64,000 bases of DNA from Amphiscolops sp. MND2022 (taxonomy: Eukaryota), in NCBI GenBank assembly GCA_964187785.1, contig OZ076413.1, positions 8,308,001 through 8,372,000 of the forward strand, given 5' to 3'. Shown here piece after piece: positions 22,266-34,851 of this stretch (its first letter is position 1; each line of letters begins with the position of its first letter). Made by a program: the position numbers and the translations under genes. The notes below the pieces were generated by a model. That model did not search any database. It saw nothing but the letters and a program-made list of their open reading frames with translations, and was not told the origin of the DNA.

Positions 22266-22998
22266 CTCCCAGGGGGTCTAGAATGAAAGACCCGGCTTTC
22301 ATACCAGCTTGGAAAGCGTCGCGACGTGCTGCACGTTGTTCATATGTTTCTCCTTCGATGTGCGTTTGCTCCAAATACCCCAGGGTGATTTCGGCTCTGA
22401 TGTCTTCAATTGATTTGTCACACACTACACAACCGCTGTGGAAATTCTCGTTTTGAAGGCCACATGAACCGCTGACGCTAATTCCCAGCCCAGTAATGTG
22501 TGCATTGCCATACCATGAGTCAACTTCGTCGTTCCGGTAATGTTGGCTAACCAAGTTGGTGGCCGGGGTTTGTTCTTCTGGTGGTGGTAACCAGGGGGAG
22601 TCTCGAATCGGGTTGAGTTGACTGCACTGTGCGATTGGGTGGTCATCTATGTAGCAGTCATGGTAATTGATTGGGGGACCACCGACACACCAGTCAAGCA
22701 GCTCCTGGGAAGGCTCAGTAAAAGTGCTAATTGAGTCAGTTAAGTCTTCATGGGGCAAACTGAGGTCATTTAGATACTGGGTCAGTTCGGTTGTCATAGC
22801 ACGTCCTCCTACTAATTGAGGGGGGAAAGGAATATTTTCTCGGTGACAAGCGAGAACTTGAATGTCATCATCAGAATCGTTGTTATCAGTGTTATCAGCC
22901 ACAGAGACTGAGTCTATCTCCATATCCTCGTCTGAGAATTGATATGAGAGACTAACAAGCGGTCTAGTTAGATCGTCAATAGAAAATTGCAGAGACAT
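22183..22998 (-). CDS. Element C ORF-X (271 aa, acidic N-terminus, CVVC motif), overlapping the PPT and 3' LTR
   Basis: Intact ATG-to-TAG ORF. The last 27 codons (from DPLG-VSQAV) lie within the LTR. No signal peptide or TM segment, so it is not env-like. Confidence 0.7.
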   Translation of the reverse strand: MSLQFSIDDLTRPLVSLSYQFSDEDMEIDSVSVADNTDNNDSDDDIQVLACHRENIPFPPQLVGGRAMTTELTQYLNDLSLPHEDLTDSISTFTEPSQELLDWCVGGPPINYHDCYIDDHPIAQCSQLNPIRDSPWLPPPEEQTPATNLVSQHYRNDEVDSWYGNAHITGLGISVSGSCGLQNENFHSGCVVCDKSIEDIRAEITLGYLEQTHIEGETYEQRAARRDAFQAGMKAGSFILDPLGVSQAVACDGILYQITPESDRTNPRPGV

Positions 22999-24754
22999 CG
23001 CTTTGATGAAGCGTTGGAGGAGCAGTTTCTTAGCAATTTTGAACCAGATTTGGGTTCAGCCGATTTTGAGAAGTTGTAGTAGAAAACTGATTTGGTGCAG
23101 TCAAACTGCCCTGAGGTCCAATCTTATTTTCGCGGGTGAGAGGAAGCAGGAAATTCGTCTTCACTTTTCCCTAAATTTTCCTTTTTAGGCTTTCAGTCTA
23201 CTTAACATTCGTCAACAATTCATATGTAATTGGTGGTGTTGGCTCATTAACTAGCCACTTGACATGAATTTACATTCCTCTTCAAAGGCGTCTTAGCGTT
23301 ACGTTAAGAGGTGTTACCGTTAACTCTCTGTCAACAAACAGCATCAAAGACCGTCAGTCATGTTGACGGCAACGATTTGTTTGACCAATCATGCTGATTC
23401 TCAGAATGTGTAAAGAAGTAAGGTGAATGAAATAATATGTAAATGATGAATTGGGACAGATTAGATGACTGAAGGAATTGTAAATGGAATGATCAGTAAA
23501 GTGAATATGGCAGGGTGGCATGATGAAGTTGGTTGATTTGTACTGGAACGTGTACATCACCGGCAGGTTCAGTACACCTTGTGCAAATCTAATATTAACT
23601 AATAGGACGTTAAATTAACTAATACTTGTTGTAATTTTTATGTCAGGTTTGCCACGACTCTTTCTTCTATAGATTTATACCAGTTTTGATTTGGACTAAT
23701 TGACCTTAGGTTATTAAGTGATTTGGCAGTCTTCAAGTTCGCTTAGTACAGTTTGTTAAAGGGTGTATAAGGTGCAGTAAAGTACACCAAACGTCTAATA
23801 GCAATGTTAATTGCTATAATTAATTTAGTATCATAATTTTCCAGTAAAGGGATAAAGTATTAGTAGTAAATGAATGCAGTCAATCAGACTGTCAGTCAAG
23901 TAACGTTAATGACGTCACAAAGGTATGTAAAATTGTTTACTGGTCCATTGGTGTAGTGGCGCTGTAACGGGATACATGTAATTGATTGCTGTCAAGTGGA
24001 CGTTTGGTCAGCTTGTGTAAACAGTATATTACTCACGAGTGTACTCAGTCAACTAGTTTCAAACGTCTTTCACTTTCCAGTCTTCGCTGTGTTTCCATTC
24101 CCGAGCTGCATCACTTGAGCTATACTTATTTACGTTTTGTATTTCGTGTAGTCTCTCTAACCTTGGGTTTTATAGCTAACTCTGTCGTGTTTCGACAAAT
24201 TGACAAGTTCAATTCGCATCGACCGTTTTAACATTTTGATTTATTGACTTCCCATTTAGTTCCATCCTTTTGTTAAATTAGGTATTGTTACTCGGGCTTC
24301 CAGATTCAAACTTTCCACTTCCTTGCGTATCATAGTCAAATCAGTTCTACCCATCCAAGTACTGCAGTCACATTGACCTTTGGTCAGTTATTATTAGTGT
24401 GGAAAACGATTGCAGATCAGCAGTCACGTGTCACGCCAGTGATTTCCTCGTTTTGGTAGCTGCACAGGCTGACTTTGGACATCTTAATCTTTCATTGACG
24501 TTTGAGAGATTGACCTAACGACACCCCTCCTGTTGGGTTGCAAATTCTCTTCTATTTCAAAGTCTAAAACTGAGCCTCATCAATTCTGCCTTTCCTTATG
24601 GACAAGACATCAGGTTGGTTCTTTAATTGTGTTAGAAGTAAACTTGATCAGGGCTTAGTTCTAACTTCTTAACTTCCTCCATCATGAAAGGTTTGCTAAA
24701 GGAATGAACATTGTGTCAAACTCATTTCCGGAAGGTTCATAATTTTGCGGTAAG

Positions 24755-27700
24755 ATGGATTTTTATGCAGGAAGTCAACCGCGCTCATTCATTTCTTTCC
24801 GTTTAGGAGATATTTCAAACGGCCAACCAGCTCAGAATACTGGAGATAATATGGAAACAAGCCAAACTGGAGTTGACGTCGCTGAACAGGAGAGCGATCG
24901 TACAGAAGTTGCCATTGAGGTGTTTGAGATCATCTTAGCTTCAACCGAGCCTGACGAAACTAAGCAAAATAATTTGCCGACAAAAGTAGCTACTCTTGGA
25001 CAACTGTCAAGCCCTCAAGTCAAGAAAAAGCTGAATGCATTTCACTGTTAGCTGAGATGTACCGTTGAGGAGGTTTTGTTTTCAGCAGCAGTGGCTCGGA
25101 TGAGAGCGTGGGCGCATATTGTGCCAGAAAAGTCGAAGCCATGAGTCCTAGCAAAATTCAGTCCGAGACAGTCAAGCACTGTTCATCACCGAAGGCCAGT
25201 TTTAGTGAAGCTATCCGTCTCGCTCCCGTCGGCCAAGTTATTGAGACTTCTGGACAAACTGAAGGGCCAACACTGGATGATCTTCTCCTCTCCACTCCCC
25301 AGCTACATCCTAACGTTCAAGACCTAGGACAAGGAAGTAAACTTCCCAAAAGTAAGGTCAACATTGATACCTCTGAAATTGTGTTTGCATTCTCCCCTGC
25401 CCTGGAACATCGTGTTCTGAGTTGTGCTTCTACATCAGGTCATGTGGACCCACCGTCCAATGCTGTGTCCGGAGGGGAAGAGTTAATGTCGAATGGTGAA
25501 ATTGAAGGGCCTGCGAACACGGACTTAGAGTCAGAACACTTCAAGAGGTCTACACTCGCTGACGCTATTGCTACCCCAGTTCGCAACTTTGCCCCCCGAT
25601 TCAGTGAAGGATCAGATCATGTTTCCCCCGATGAGGCCATTCAGCGTTCCGGAAGACCTGCTCCCCTTTCAATCCACAGTCAGGAACTCATCCGTACTTA
25701 TTTTTAAAAGGCTCATTCGTTCAGTTTACCCCAGGGCCATCCTACTATTTCTCTCAACCAAGAACAGATAGGTCATATTCTCCGCATCGTTGCAGACGAG
25801 ACGGCCCGGGCTTCGTTTGAGATGCTGAAGAGTGTAGTGACCCGTGCCAGCCAATTGAGTCTTCGAGATTCTCCCACTTTGCGGAAGACGCAGATGCACG
25901 GCCCTTGTCTGTTCGTTCATGTACAACTGGGTCAGAAGGAGACCGGACGTCATTTGGGATTGATGATGTAGGACGGGACATTGATAGCAGAGGGACAACC
26001 TGTGGAGGTGACTTTTGGGGTGACGAAGACACTGGAAATTGTTCTAGTCGTTTGTCGACCATGCAGGTACCCAGTCCTCCCGTTTCCGGCAGTAGTAGAA
26101 CTGATTTAGTTGGTACCCCTAATCCAGGCGCATGTGAAATTCCCGGAAACCAGACTATGGCCGAACTAAAGCAAGAAGTCTCCAAGGCCAAAAATAAGGG
26201 CCGCAAGAAGCCCACGCCCAAGGGTAAAGTGGAAAACCCTCGCAGAGCTGTGACTAGATCTAGTAGGATCCTCAGGGACGAGCTTTTAGATGGGATGCCT
26301 TGGGCGCGCACATTCGTATCTGGTCTGAACCCTTACAATTTTTATTGTCAAATTTGTGAGGGGAACGTCTCAATATATTGTCGAGGCGTCAAAGAACGTT
26401 TGAGACATCACTCTACCGAACGTCACCTCCGCAAAGACCAAAGGTGGCGATATGAGCACCTTTCAGTCGAAGATTCTCTTACTAAAGCTATACACCACCA
26501 GGTCAGAGATGGAAGGGGTCAGGTGCTATCTACAAATGATTTACAGAAGGAGTATCAATAGTTTAAGGACGCTATATTAGTGGACATCGGGGAAAAACTG
26601 CCGTACTACCATGAAGCCATGTCTGGTAATACCCACATGAATTCCTCTTCGGAAAATCGAGTCAGGGTCCAGATTTCAATTCTTCGCCACTTTCTTCCGT
26701 CAGTTGGTGACCTTGGACAACTTAGAGGATTGTGGCAAGATGTTGGAGTGGTTGTCAACCACCAAGCCCTCTTCTCAGATTTCAACTGGGGCAAGGAAAG
26801 ACTTTCCGTGAGTACTTTCAATTGATTCCGAAGATACTTCCTTGTTGCAGCATGACTATCAAGGTTTGAAGTCGTATCACTGTATAACCATAATTAGTTG
26901 TATCTAATTTGACTAGTCGTCCTTCCGACTGCATCGTCTCATTGAGTGTGCTCTTCATTTACTTAGTCGTAATCATCTTATGTTCCAGGTCTTGTTCCAT
27001 CACATTTTCGTCCAAGTGCTTGATGATATTGGTCACCACGTCGTGTCTACCAGTTTCTACGCAGTGGAGTTCGAAGTGAAGGGTGTTTTCCTCTTCCTCC
27101 CTTTGAGATTCTGGAAGGACAAGCAGCTTTGCCGAGTTCTCCGGGTCCTAGGAAGAACCTCAGCTGAAGTTGCCTTACTTTCAGGTCATTTAGCAGCCAT
27201 TTCCACAAGACCCTCTCTAGTTTCCTGTAGTGGGTGCTCATTGGAATTAGTGCAGTTAGTGGACAACAGTTCCCTATTCCCCTTGGCCATCCAGAGCCCA
27301 CAGAGCTTCGAGGAACTTTTTCTTCAGAAGCTTATGAACAAGCGTACCCATTGTGTCTTTGGGCGGATTGACTTTGTGTCAGTCTTACAGTACCTGGTCG
27401 TCTTCCTTGGGGGAGCCTCAGCTTGGAGTTTGTCCTACTTGCTCCTGAGTTGTCAAAGGCTAGTTGACGGTTTTCACATGTGGTCTGGTCTTCACTAGTT
27501 TATCATTTCATGTTTCATGTTTGGTTTTAGGCAATCCGGAGTTGCAAGTTAGATTTTGCCAAATTGCATGTGTTATGCGAAGAGCTACTGGCCAACTGGA
27601 GTTCTGTCTTGAAGTTCTTGAGTGCGAATTCACTTCCCCAAGAGATGCAAGGAATAAAGAACCAGGTATTTTATTCGTGACCAGAGTACTAAATGTCCAC

Positions 27701-29440
27701 TAGAGCCTTGACGTTAGGTCAAGGTTTTATTTCCTTTCAGCCTCAGCACCTGGTGGGGACTATTGTGTACGACGTCTTGTTCACCACCAAACTCACATGT
27801 GGTCTTGTCTTCACTAGTTTATCATTTCATGTTTCATGTTTGGTTTTAGGCAATCCGGAGTTGCAAGTTAGATTTTGCCAAATTGCATGTGTTATGCGAA
27901 GAGCTACTGGCCAACTGGAGTTCTGTCTTGAAGTTCTTGAGTGCGAATTCACTTCCCCAAGAGATGCAAGGAATAAAGAACCAGGTATTTTATTCGTGAC
28001 CAGAGTACTAAATGTCCACTAGAGCCTTGACGTTAGGTCAAGGTTTTATTTCCTTTCAGCCTCAGCACCTGGTGGGGACTATTGTGTACGACGTCTTGTT
28101 CACCACCAAACTCGAACTCTTCCAATGTTTGGCGAGGGATTGTTAGTATGCTTCAGTTGTTGACGACAGTTGAAATTTCCTAAGGCGACCCTTCTACATA
28201 TTGTTCTTTGTAGTTTAACGTGATTTCCCGATGAGATTCCCTTTAGTGTACTCAACGTCCTCCTGACTGCAGTCGAAGGTATCTTGTAATGTTTAGACGC
28301 TAACATTTTCACCATCAACCTCAGTGGGCGCAAGGACAGAGGATTTTATCTGTACCGGGAGTTGTGTCAGTATTCATTCAAGTTAGCTCGGAGATGTACT
28401 AATCCCCTAGATCTGCCAGACGACCAGAAGTGGCAAGCCATCTTGCATCTCGACATCAAGAAGGTTACTGCTCTCACCGTAACTGAGTTTATCTCGAGGA
28501 TCAAGCTGGGATCTAGATTGCGGGTCGCTTGTAGAGCTACGGCTGAAAGAGAGATTTGTGACAAACAGAATCAGGGTCTACCAATCGATGCTCTAGCCAA
28601 CAAAAAGGGGATGACTTTGGAAGATCCGCCCCGAGTTACATCTCGCATTTATTTGGTACAGTGCAGACCCAAAAGTCTCTCACGACGGATTTGATGAAAG
28701 GACTTGGAAGCTTTGATCTGGATACCTTACTACATGACCCTCTCTCTCAAGCCGAGTATTGCTTTACTCAGCTGTTCACTAGTTTCCGGCTACGAGGATA
28801 CTTTTCTTTTGGTCAAGAGGCTGAGTGTCACGAGGAATACAGGTCATTTGTTGACGAGCTTCGACGTAAGTATCCCGAGTTGCATCAGCCGGTCCTCTTC
28901 GTCAGAGATACTGTTAGTTTCCTTATTGAGCAGCCTTCCCTCCATAACCGCCCATTGCTACACAAGATTTTCCGTTTGGCTAGCTTGTGTCTAGACGAGC
29001 CATTTCAGACTCTTCCTCCTGTTAAATTTGGCTCAGTGGATTCGGATAATCCGACGAGTAGTTTTGTGGATGTGGTATTGCCCGTTCAATCCTACTTTAA
29101 GAACGTGACTAATGGTATGGAATCTGTTAGTTCCGACGATTCTATTGCTGCTTTCCTCCGACTCGAGCCTACTTTTGTTGGGGTTGGGACTTCAGATGTA
29201 TATAGTCCTTGGAATAGTGTGGATTTCTTTGGTTGTGCTGGAAATATAGAGCAGTTGGATCCTAGTAGAGAATACAGTGGCACTGAAGACTTAGCGTCAA
29301 CTTCCAAACCTGCCGTTGCCAGCAAGCCAGACAAGTCCAAGATGTCTGGACCAGCTAAGAAGATGAGTCATTTGCTTGATGGGAAGGAGTTGGCGCATTC
29401 TGCCAAGAACTTGTTGTCTGCAAGTTGTTCTAAATTTAAT
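24755..29440 (+). pseudogene. Element C antisense, intron-containing accessory gene, homologous to 6756-11170
   Basis: YCQICEGNVSIYCRGVKERLRHHSTERH aligns with the B Zn finger. Phase-0 intron 26808-26988 (GTGAGT...TTCCAG). RKDRGFYLYRELCQY aligns with B SRDRDLSFEVEFVSF, and LRGYFSFGQ..EEYRSF..LLHKIFRLASLC with B LGFLGDVQ..QQYNDV..LLCVFKVVVCC. Several stops and frameshifts; 3' end approximate. Confidence 0.8.
27474..28113 (+). repeat. Near-perfect 319-bp tandem duplication containing a 135-nt exon
   Basis: Units 27474-27792 and 27793-28111 with one visible mismatch. Each contains TTTTAG/GCAATCCG...GAACCAG/GTATTT. Confidence 0.93.
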
Positions 29441-29657
29441 TTGTACACATGTACAATTGTTTATAGACTGCATATTTTGTTCAATTTCTTCTTTATACTT
29501 TTATTTCTAACAGTTAGATTGTGTATTTGTTTTGTTGGTCATTTGTTCGTGTCAATTTTGACACCAAGTCTTGTTCTGTCTGGAAGTCGGACCAAGCCCC
29601 ATAAAGATACTATTTATTGGAAAAGAGTCCGGGGGGCAATAAATTCAACTTTTCTGT

Positions 29658-32600
29658 CTAGTATCTGTTTTCATCAGTGAAGTTGGGGGTAGGGTTAGGG
29701 CGTAAATTATATTTTCCTCCCCTAGGACTTTCATTCTCTACAACTGAATCATCTGTTTCTTTTTCTGATAAATCGGGCACGATTATATCCTTCCCTCTAG
29801 AATTTGAAAATTCAGAATTTCCTGCCTCTGAGGTGCTCCTAGAGGTGGCTGGATCAGTTTCCAAATCAGTAGCTGATGGCCGTCCAGTTGACCTATGGTC
29901 CGCGTCAGCCGCATTTTCTGCCGACTGTTCAGGAAGTTGCTCAGACTCGGCTGAGTCAGTATCATGTTGCAGTCTAGCGGACCGAAGGTCCACTTCGTCA
30001 ATTTCATCTCCACGCTGCTCAGTAGTAGCGTGGTCAGTATTTCCGTCGCGTCGAGTGGACCGAAGGTCCAAATCTGTAATTATGGTGTCCCGTTGATCAA
30101 CATCCATCGGAGAATCGTCAGAAGCGTTTTTGGTTTCGGAAATTTGCGGGAACTTGTCAAATTCTGTCTCACAAGAAATAATCTAAAGATCATCTTGTGG
30201 TATAATAATTCCATCATCAGCCTGTAAGTTTCCTTCCGGACGAATACACGTATTTCTGTATTCGGAGTATATTTTTATAGTCGTATGCGATGTAAGATTT
30301 GTGTTTTATTGGAGTTAAGTTTTCAGACTATGTAGTTTTCATTCGGTAAAACCTTCTCGATGACATATATTCCGATTCACCGGAACTCTCGAAACGGAAT
30401 TTTTGACCCTTGATTGTCCGCTATTGGCTGTAGTATAAAACAATAGTCGCCCTGTTGTAATGGGGCTGCCTTGGCTTTGCGGTTGTAATATTTTTTATAC
30501 TTTAAATACGATTGCATGATGTTCTTCTTCGTCTTGTCTATGAGAATTTGAGTACGTCTTTTTAGTTCTTCGGCAAAATCTGTTGTTGGTAAAATTTTTC
30601 GGTTAAGGTTCAGTCCTAACCGATGGTCTAGGATGTTATATGGTACTCTTCCATGAAAAATCCTGGAAGGTTCACAGCCGATGCTTGAAAGGTGAGTGGT
30701 GTTGTAGTTGAGAACAGCCAATGGTAGGTATTTGTGCCAGAGTCGACGATATTCTCCGGAAGCCATTTTAAGGTTGCTCTTAAGGCTGGCATGAGTTCTC
30801 TCTAATTTACCTTTTGTTTGCGGATGCTTCGTTGTTGCACATTCAATTTGAATTCCCATTATTTTTGCGACCTCCTCGACTAGACGTGATGTAAATGCCG
30901 TGCCTTTGTCCGTGATCAGGGTTGTCGGTAGGTAGGCATGTCTAGTCATGATATCAAAAAGTACTTTTGCCGTACTAGAGGCTGAGGCGTCGGTTACTGG
31001 GTAGGCAAATAGGTATCTATAGAAGACGTCAAGTGCAGTAATGATATTTTCATATCCTCCACTCGGTGGGCGGTTAGGTAAGAGATCAATTTGTAAGGCG
31101 TCTTCAGGACCAAGATCCCATTCGGGCAGATTAAGTAGTTCTGGCGTTATCGATGGGTTTTTAATTCTTTTATCTTTCATGCATATTTCACATCCTTGGA
31201 GCCATTTATTGACGATCTTTGCAAATCCTGGGTAGTAGTATTTTTGACAGATTTCATAAAGCATCTTGGATATTCCTGGATGTTTATTTGCCGTTCCATG
31301 TAGTGATTGAAGTAATTCTGACACTAGGTGTTCTGGCAAAAGTGCCTGACGGTATTGTACGTTTCCTGCTTCGTCATAATAGTCTCTGATGACGATGTCT
31401 TTCTGCACTGACAGACGGTCAAGTTGATTGCAGTAGTGCCGGTAACGTGAATCCTGCTGTAGAATCGTCCACGAATAGTCTTCTTTCTGCAGTTTGAGAC
31501 GTAGTTGGTGCAAAAATACATCATTTTGTTGTTCAATAGCCATGGAGGTTATACTTGATAGCCTTTGTAGGGTTGTTTGTTGTAAAGAAGTACTGCTGTG
31601 GACACTGAGTTTTTCAAGGAAAATGTCAGGTATTTGGTTCGTCGGTTGGGACCTGGCGTCCTTTTTCCGTTGCCACATTTGCTCTTCGGTTCCCTCGTCG
31701 TCGTCTGTAAAGAATATCTGGTCCTCTTCCGTTACTCCAGCCGATTGTACGTTGAGTTCGCACGGTGTCGTCGATATATCTTCCCGTATACGGAGTATGA
31801 GTTTTTCTTTTGGACAGATTTCTAGGCGTGACAAATAGTCAGTTGCGGTGTTGTTTTTGCGTGGAATGTGGGCGATTGTGAAATTGAACTGGATAACGTA
31901 GTCACATGCGTTCCACAAAGTTGGAGGAATGATTTTTGTATGACAAAAGCGAGTGACGGACTTGTTGTCTGTTAAAATGATCACCGGTTTCGGGGTCCCC
32001 CAAACGATATGTCCAAACTCTTTAAAAGCAAAGAAAATTGCTTAGAATTCTTTCGCATAGATAGGCATTTTCAATTGGGCGGGACTAAATGTCTTGGATC
32101 CATATGCTACTGGTGCAAACGCTTTTCGCGTTGGACTAAATTTCTCCATTGGATCGTCCTCGACGAGAACTGCATAGCCTGCTGCCGAAAAACTAGCATC
32201 GGTCATTAGTGCTATTTGTTTGTTGGGCAGAGGTTGTTTGAGTGCAAGTTCACATTATCGGTCAAGAGCTTTGTTGATCTCGGTGAATTGTTCTAACAGA
32301 CCAGGCGTCACTGTGACCTTAGCGTCGTTTTTCAGTAGTTTGAAAAATAGTTTCAGTTTTTCTGAAAGCCTAGGGATGTAGTTCCGATAGTAGTTCAGGA
32401 AGCCCAAGTATCTTTGAAGTGCTTTTTTGGGCTTTGAAAATTTCGTTTTCTCTAGGAAGTTTTGGACCCTGGGTCGTTGTGGCTGCACTCCTTCAGGGGT
32501 GATGGTGCGTCCCAGGAAGTCAATTTCCTTTGCTCCAAAATGGCAATTATGCATCGTTAGTTTGAGACCTGCGGTCCTAATGCACTCAAAGGTTGCCCGC

Positions 32601-34851
32601 AAATTGTTGATTAGTTGCGTAGCATTGTTGGCAGCAATCCCAATATCATCTACGTACTGAGCGCATTGGTCCGCTTTGATCACCTTGTCCAGATATCCAC
32701 GCATAAAACTCGAGAAGGCTGACAGTGCCCTATTCAGACCATGCGCTAGTCTGCGATAGGCAAAGGTTCTGCTGGCAAAGTTGAAAGCCAGCATCTCAAT
32801 TGACCTCTGGTTGGCCATCTGGAGGCAGTGATATGCTTGAGAACAGTCCAGTTTGCAAAATAGTCGTTTGCCTGCCATGTGTTGCGCGGCGTCTGTTAAA
32901 TTACTGACAGGATGGTTATTGTTGATGTAATCATCAGAGATCAAATTATTGATCTTTCGGAGGTCGACCAAGAGTCATAGTTTGCCATTTGTTTTTTTCT
33001 GAGCAAAAATGGGACTAGCAGATTCGGAAAATGGGAGCGTTGTTATGATCCCATATCGATGTAATAATGCCAGTTCAACAAAGACATCTTCCTTGAGATT
33101 AATTGGCGTGGGCAAGCTTTGACTATAGGCAGGGGAGTCATCTTTAGTAGTTAATTTGACCTTGAAATCCTCGTTCATGCCTATATCAAAGCGGTGTCGA
33201 GCAAAAACGTCGTGAAATTCGACAATTAGCTCTTCAATTTGGGTTATTTCTGTTGGATTTAGCGTCGAGTTTGCCCAATCAAAGTTAGCAAGGAACTGTT
33301 TTCTAGCCTCAGGGTTATCTTGAGGGTCAAGTTTTTCTAGTTCCTGGAGGTTTCGTAATTCCTTCAGAATCCGTTGTTGGATTGGTGTATGTGTCTGAGG
33401 GTCTCCGGGTTCTTTTCTTCTGGAGTAGGGAACCAATAGTTTTCGCTGTCGTCCCTAGTTTTCGGAGATTTGATCAGACTGCTGGCATAATAGGCAGCGT
33501 TTTCGGGATTATCTTGTAAAAGGTGCCATGTGGTCACCGGGTCAATGGGTTTGACGTATTTCATCTGTTCTGGTGTGAGTACAGAGAAATTAGCGATGTG
33601 CGAACCTCTTTTGAGGGTGTAAGATTGATCAGTGAAGTTGTTCACATGAATTGTAACCTGTCCTTGGGTCAGGGTGACTAGAGCAGCGCAGAAAGTTATG
33701 TCTCCAGCATCTGCAAGGTCATTGCTGGGTTGAAGGATTCCGTTGACGTTAGTGTCATCAAATAATTGAGAGTACATGGAGACCATATGTCTATCATTGG
33801 GGGGAATAGTAATATCTTCCCGCGCACAGATAGGTTCCTTGACGTTAGTGTACTTGTGATCCGCTGTGTTCAATTGCATGGAAAAGAATGGGAAATTTAG
33901 GACTCTCTGTCGCGTGTCTAGTATGGTATTGTTCCTTTGGAGGAACGAAAGACCAATTAACGGACTTGTAAGTTTTTCCATAACAATGAAGATCTCATGG
34001 AAATCGATGTCTCCGACCTCAAATTTGAGTTCGACAGTGCTCTTTGGAGTTTCCAGCTGTCCGTTAGCAACCATAATTTAGTAATTTAGAGGTTGGGAGC
34101 TGGGCCCTCTTTGATTATCGACTGAGGGGCTAATAATTGGAATAAGATCAGCTTCTGGGATTGCGCTAGATAGGGCTCCCGTGTCTACAAGGCCATCTAA
34201 TGTTAGTTCGCCAAAATCCATTGGAAAGTAGAGCATGCGTATCTTGTGTTTTAGTCCGAGGTTGGTAGTCAAGGGGACGTAGTCGGGTTCACCATCCCGT
34301 GAGATTAACGTGTTCACAAATCCTTCTTCCACCGTTGCAGTTAGCGTGACCAGAGGTTCGTTTGGAACAGACGCCTTCATTGTTTCATTCTGAGTGGCGC
34401 GACTAGTGGTGGACCATCTTCTTTGCCATGGGTCTACCAGAGCCTTGTTTAGAGCCATGTTGAGGTTTTGGTCAGTTTCATATGAATCGGGTTCTATTTC
34501 CGTGAAATTTTTATGGAAATTGTTGTAGAAATGAAGATGATGTTGGTTGTAGGTCTGAATGTCGCAATAGGGGTCAAATCCAAAGTCTGGGTCTAGATAA
34601 TAAGGATTGTAGTTATCTATGAGAGGGAGAGGACAAGTAGTAGTAGTATTGTGTTGCTGTCGTTCGGACTGGTAGTCCAAGTCGTGTAGTTTGGTAGCGG
34701 TATTTTTCACCTGCTGCTGCCAATCAGCTGATGAATTTTCTTTAAGTGATGAGTAGTATTCGGTGTAATATATAGTAGAAGGGTCAGAAATTATGTATTG
34801 TCTGACGCCTAGTTTTTCATTAAAGCAGACTCGTGGCGAATCTAGTTTTTT
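29658..34851 (-). pseudogene. pol: pol of element C, fragmented
   Basis: PR LVDTGALSS; RT QYVDDIG; RNase H TDNKSV..TDYLSR; IN HGTANKHPG..CEIC with IDLL/TDKG/GKLERTH. Spread over ORFs 34078-34710, 33364-34074, 32975-33436, 32255-32971, 30377-31984 and 29658-30107. Confidence 0.93.
34845..34851 (-). promoter_or_regulatory. Putative -1 frameshift heptamer A-AAA-AAC (element C)
   Basis: CCA AAA AAC TAG at the gag end. The -1 frame is open into ORF 34078-34710. Confidence 0.85.

Noticed and set aside
12884-22998. env gene or endogenous retrovirus
   Set aside because: No ORF after pol has a signal peptide, furin site or TM anchor.
28279-28324. Second conserved intron position between the B and C cargo genes (GAA G/GT in both)
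   Set aside because: The available acceptor in C is phase-incompatible, and the flanking ORFs are already in the same frame, so a nonsense codon explains it better.
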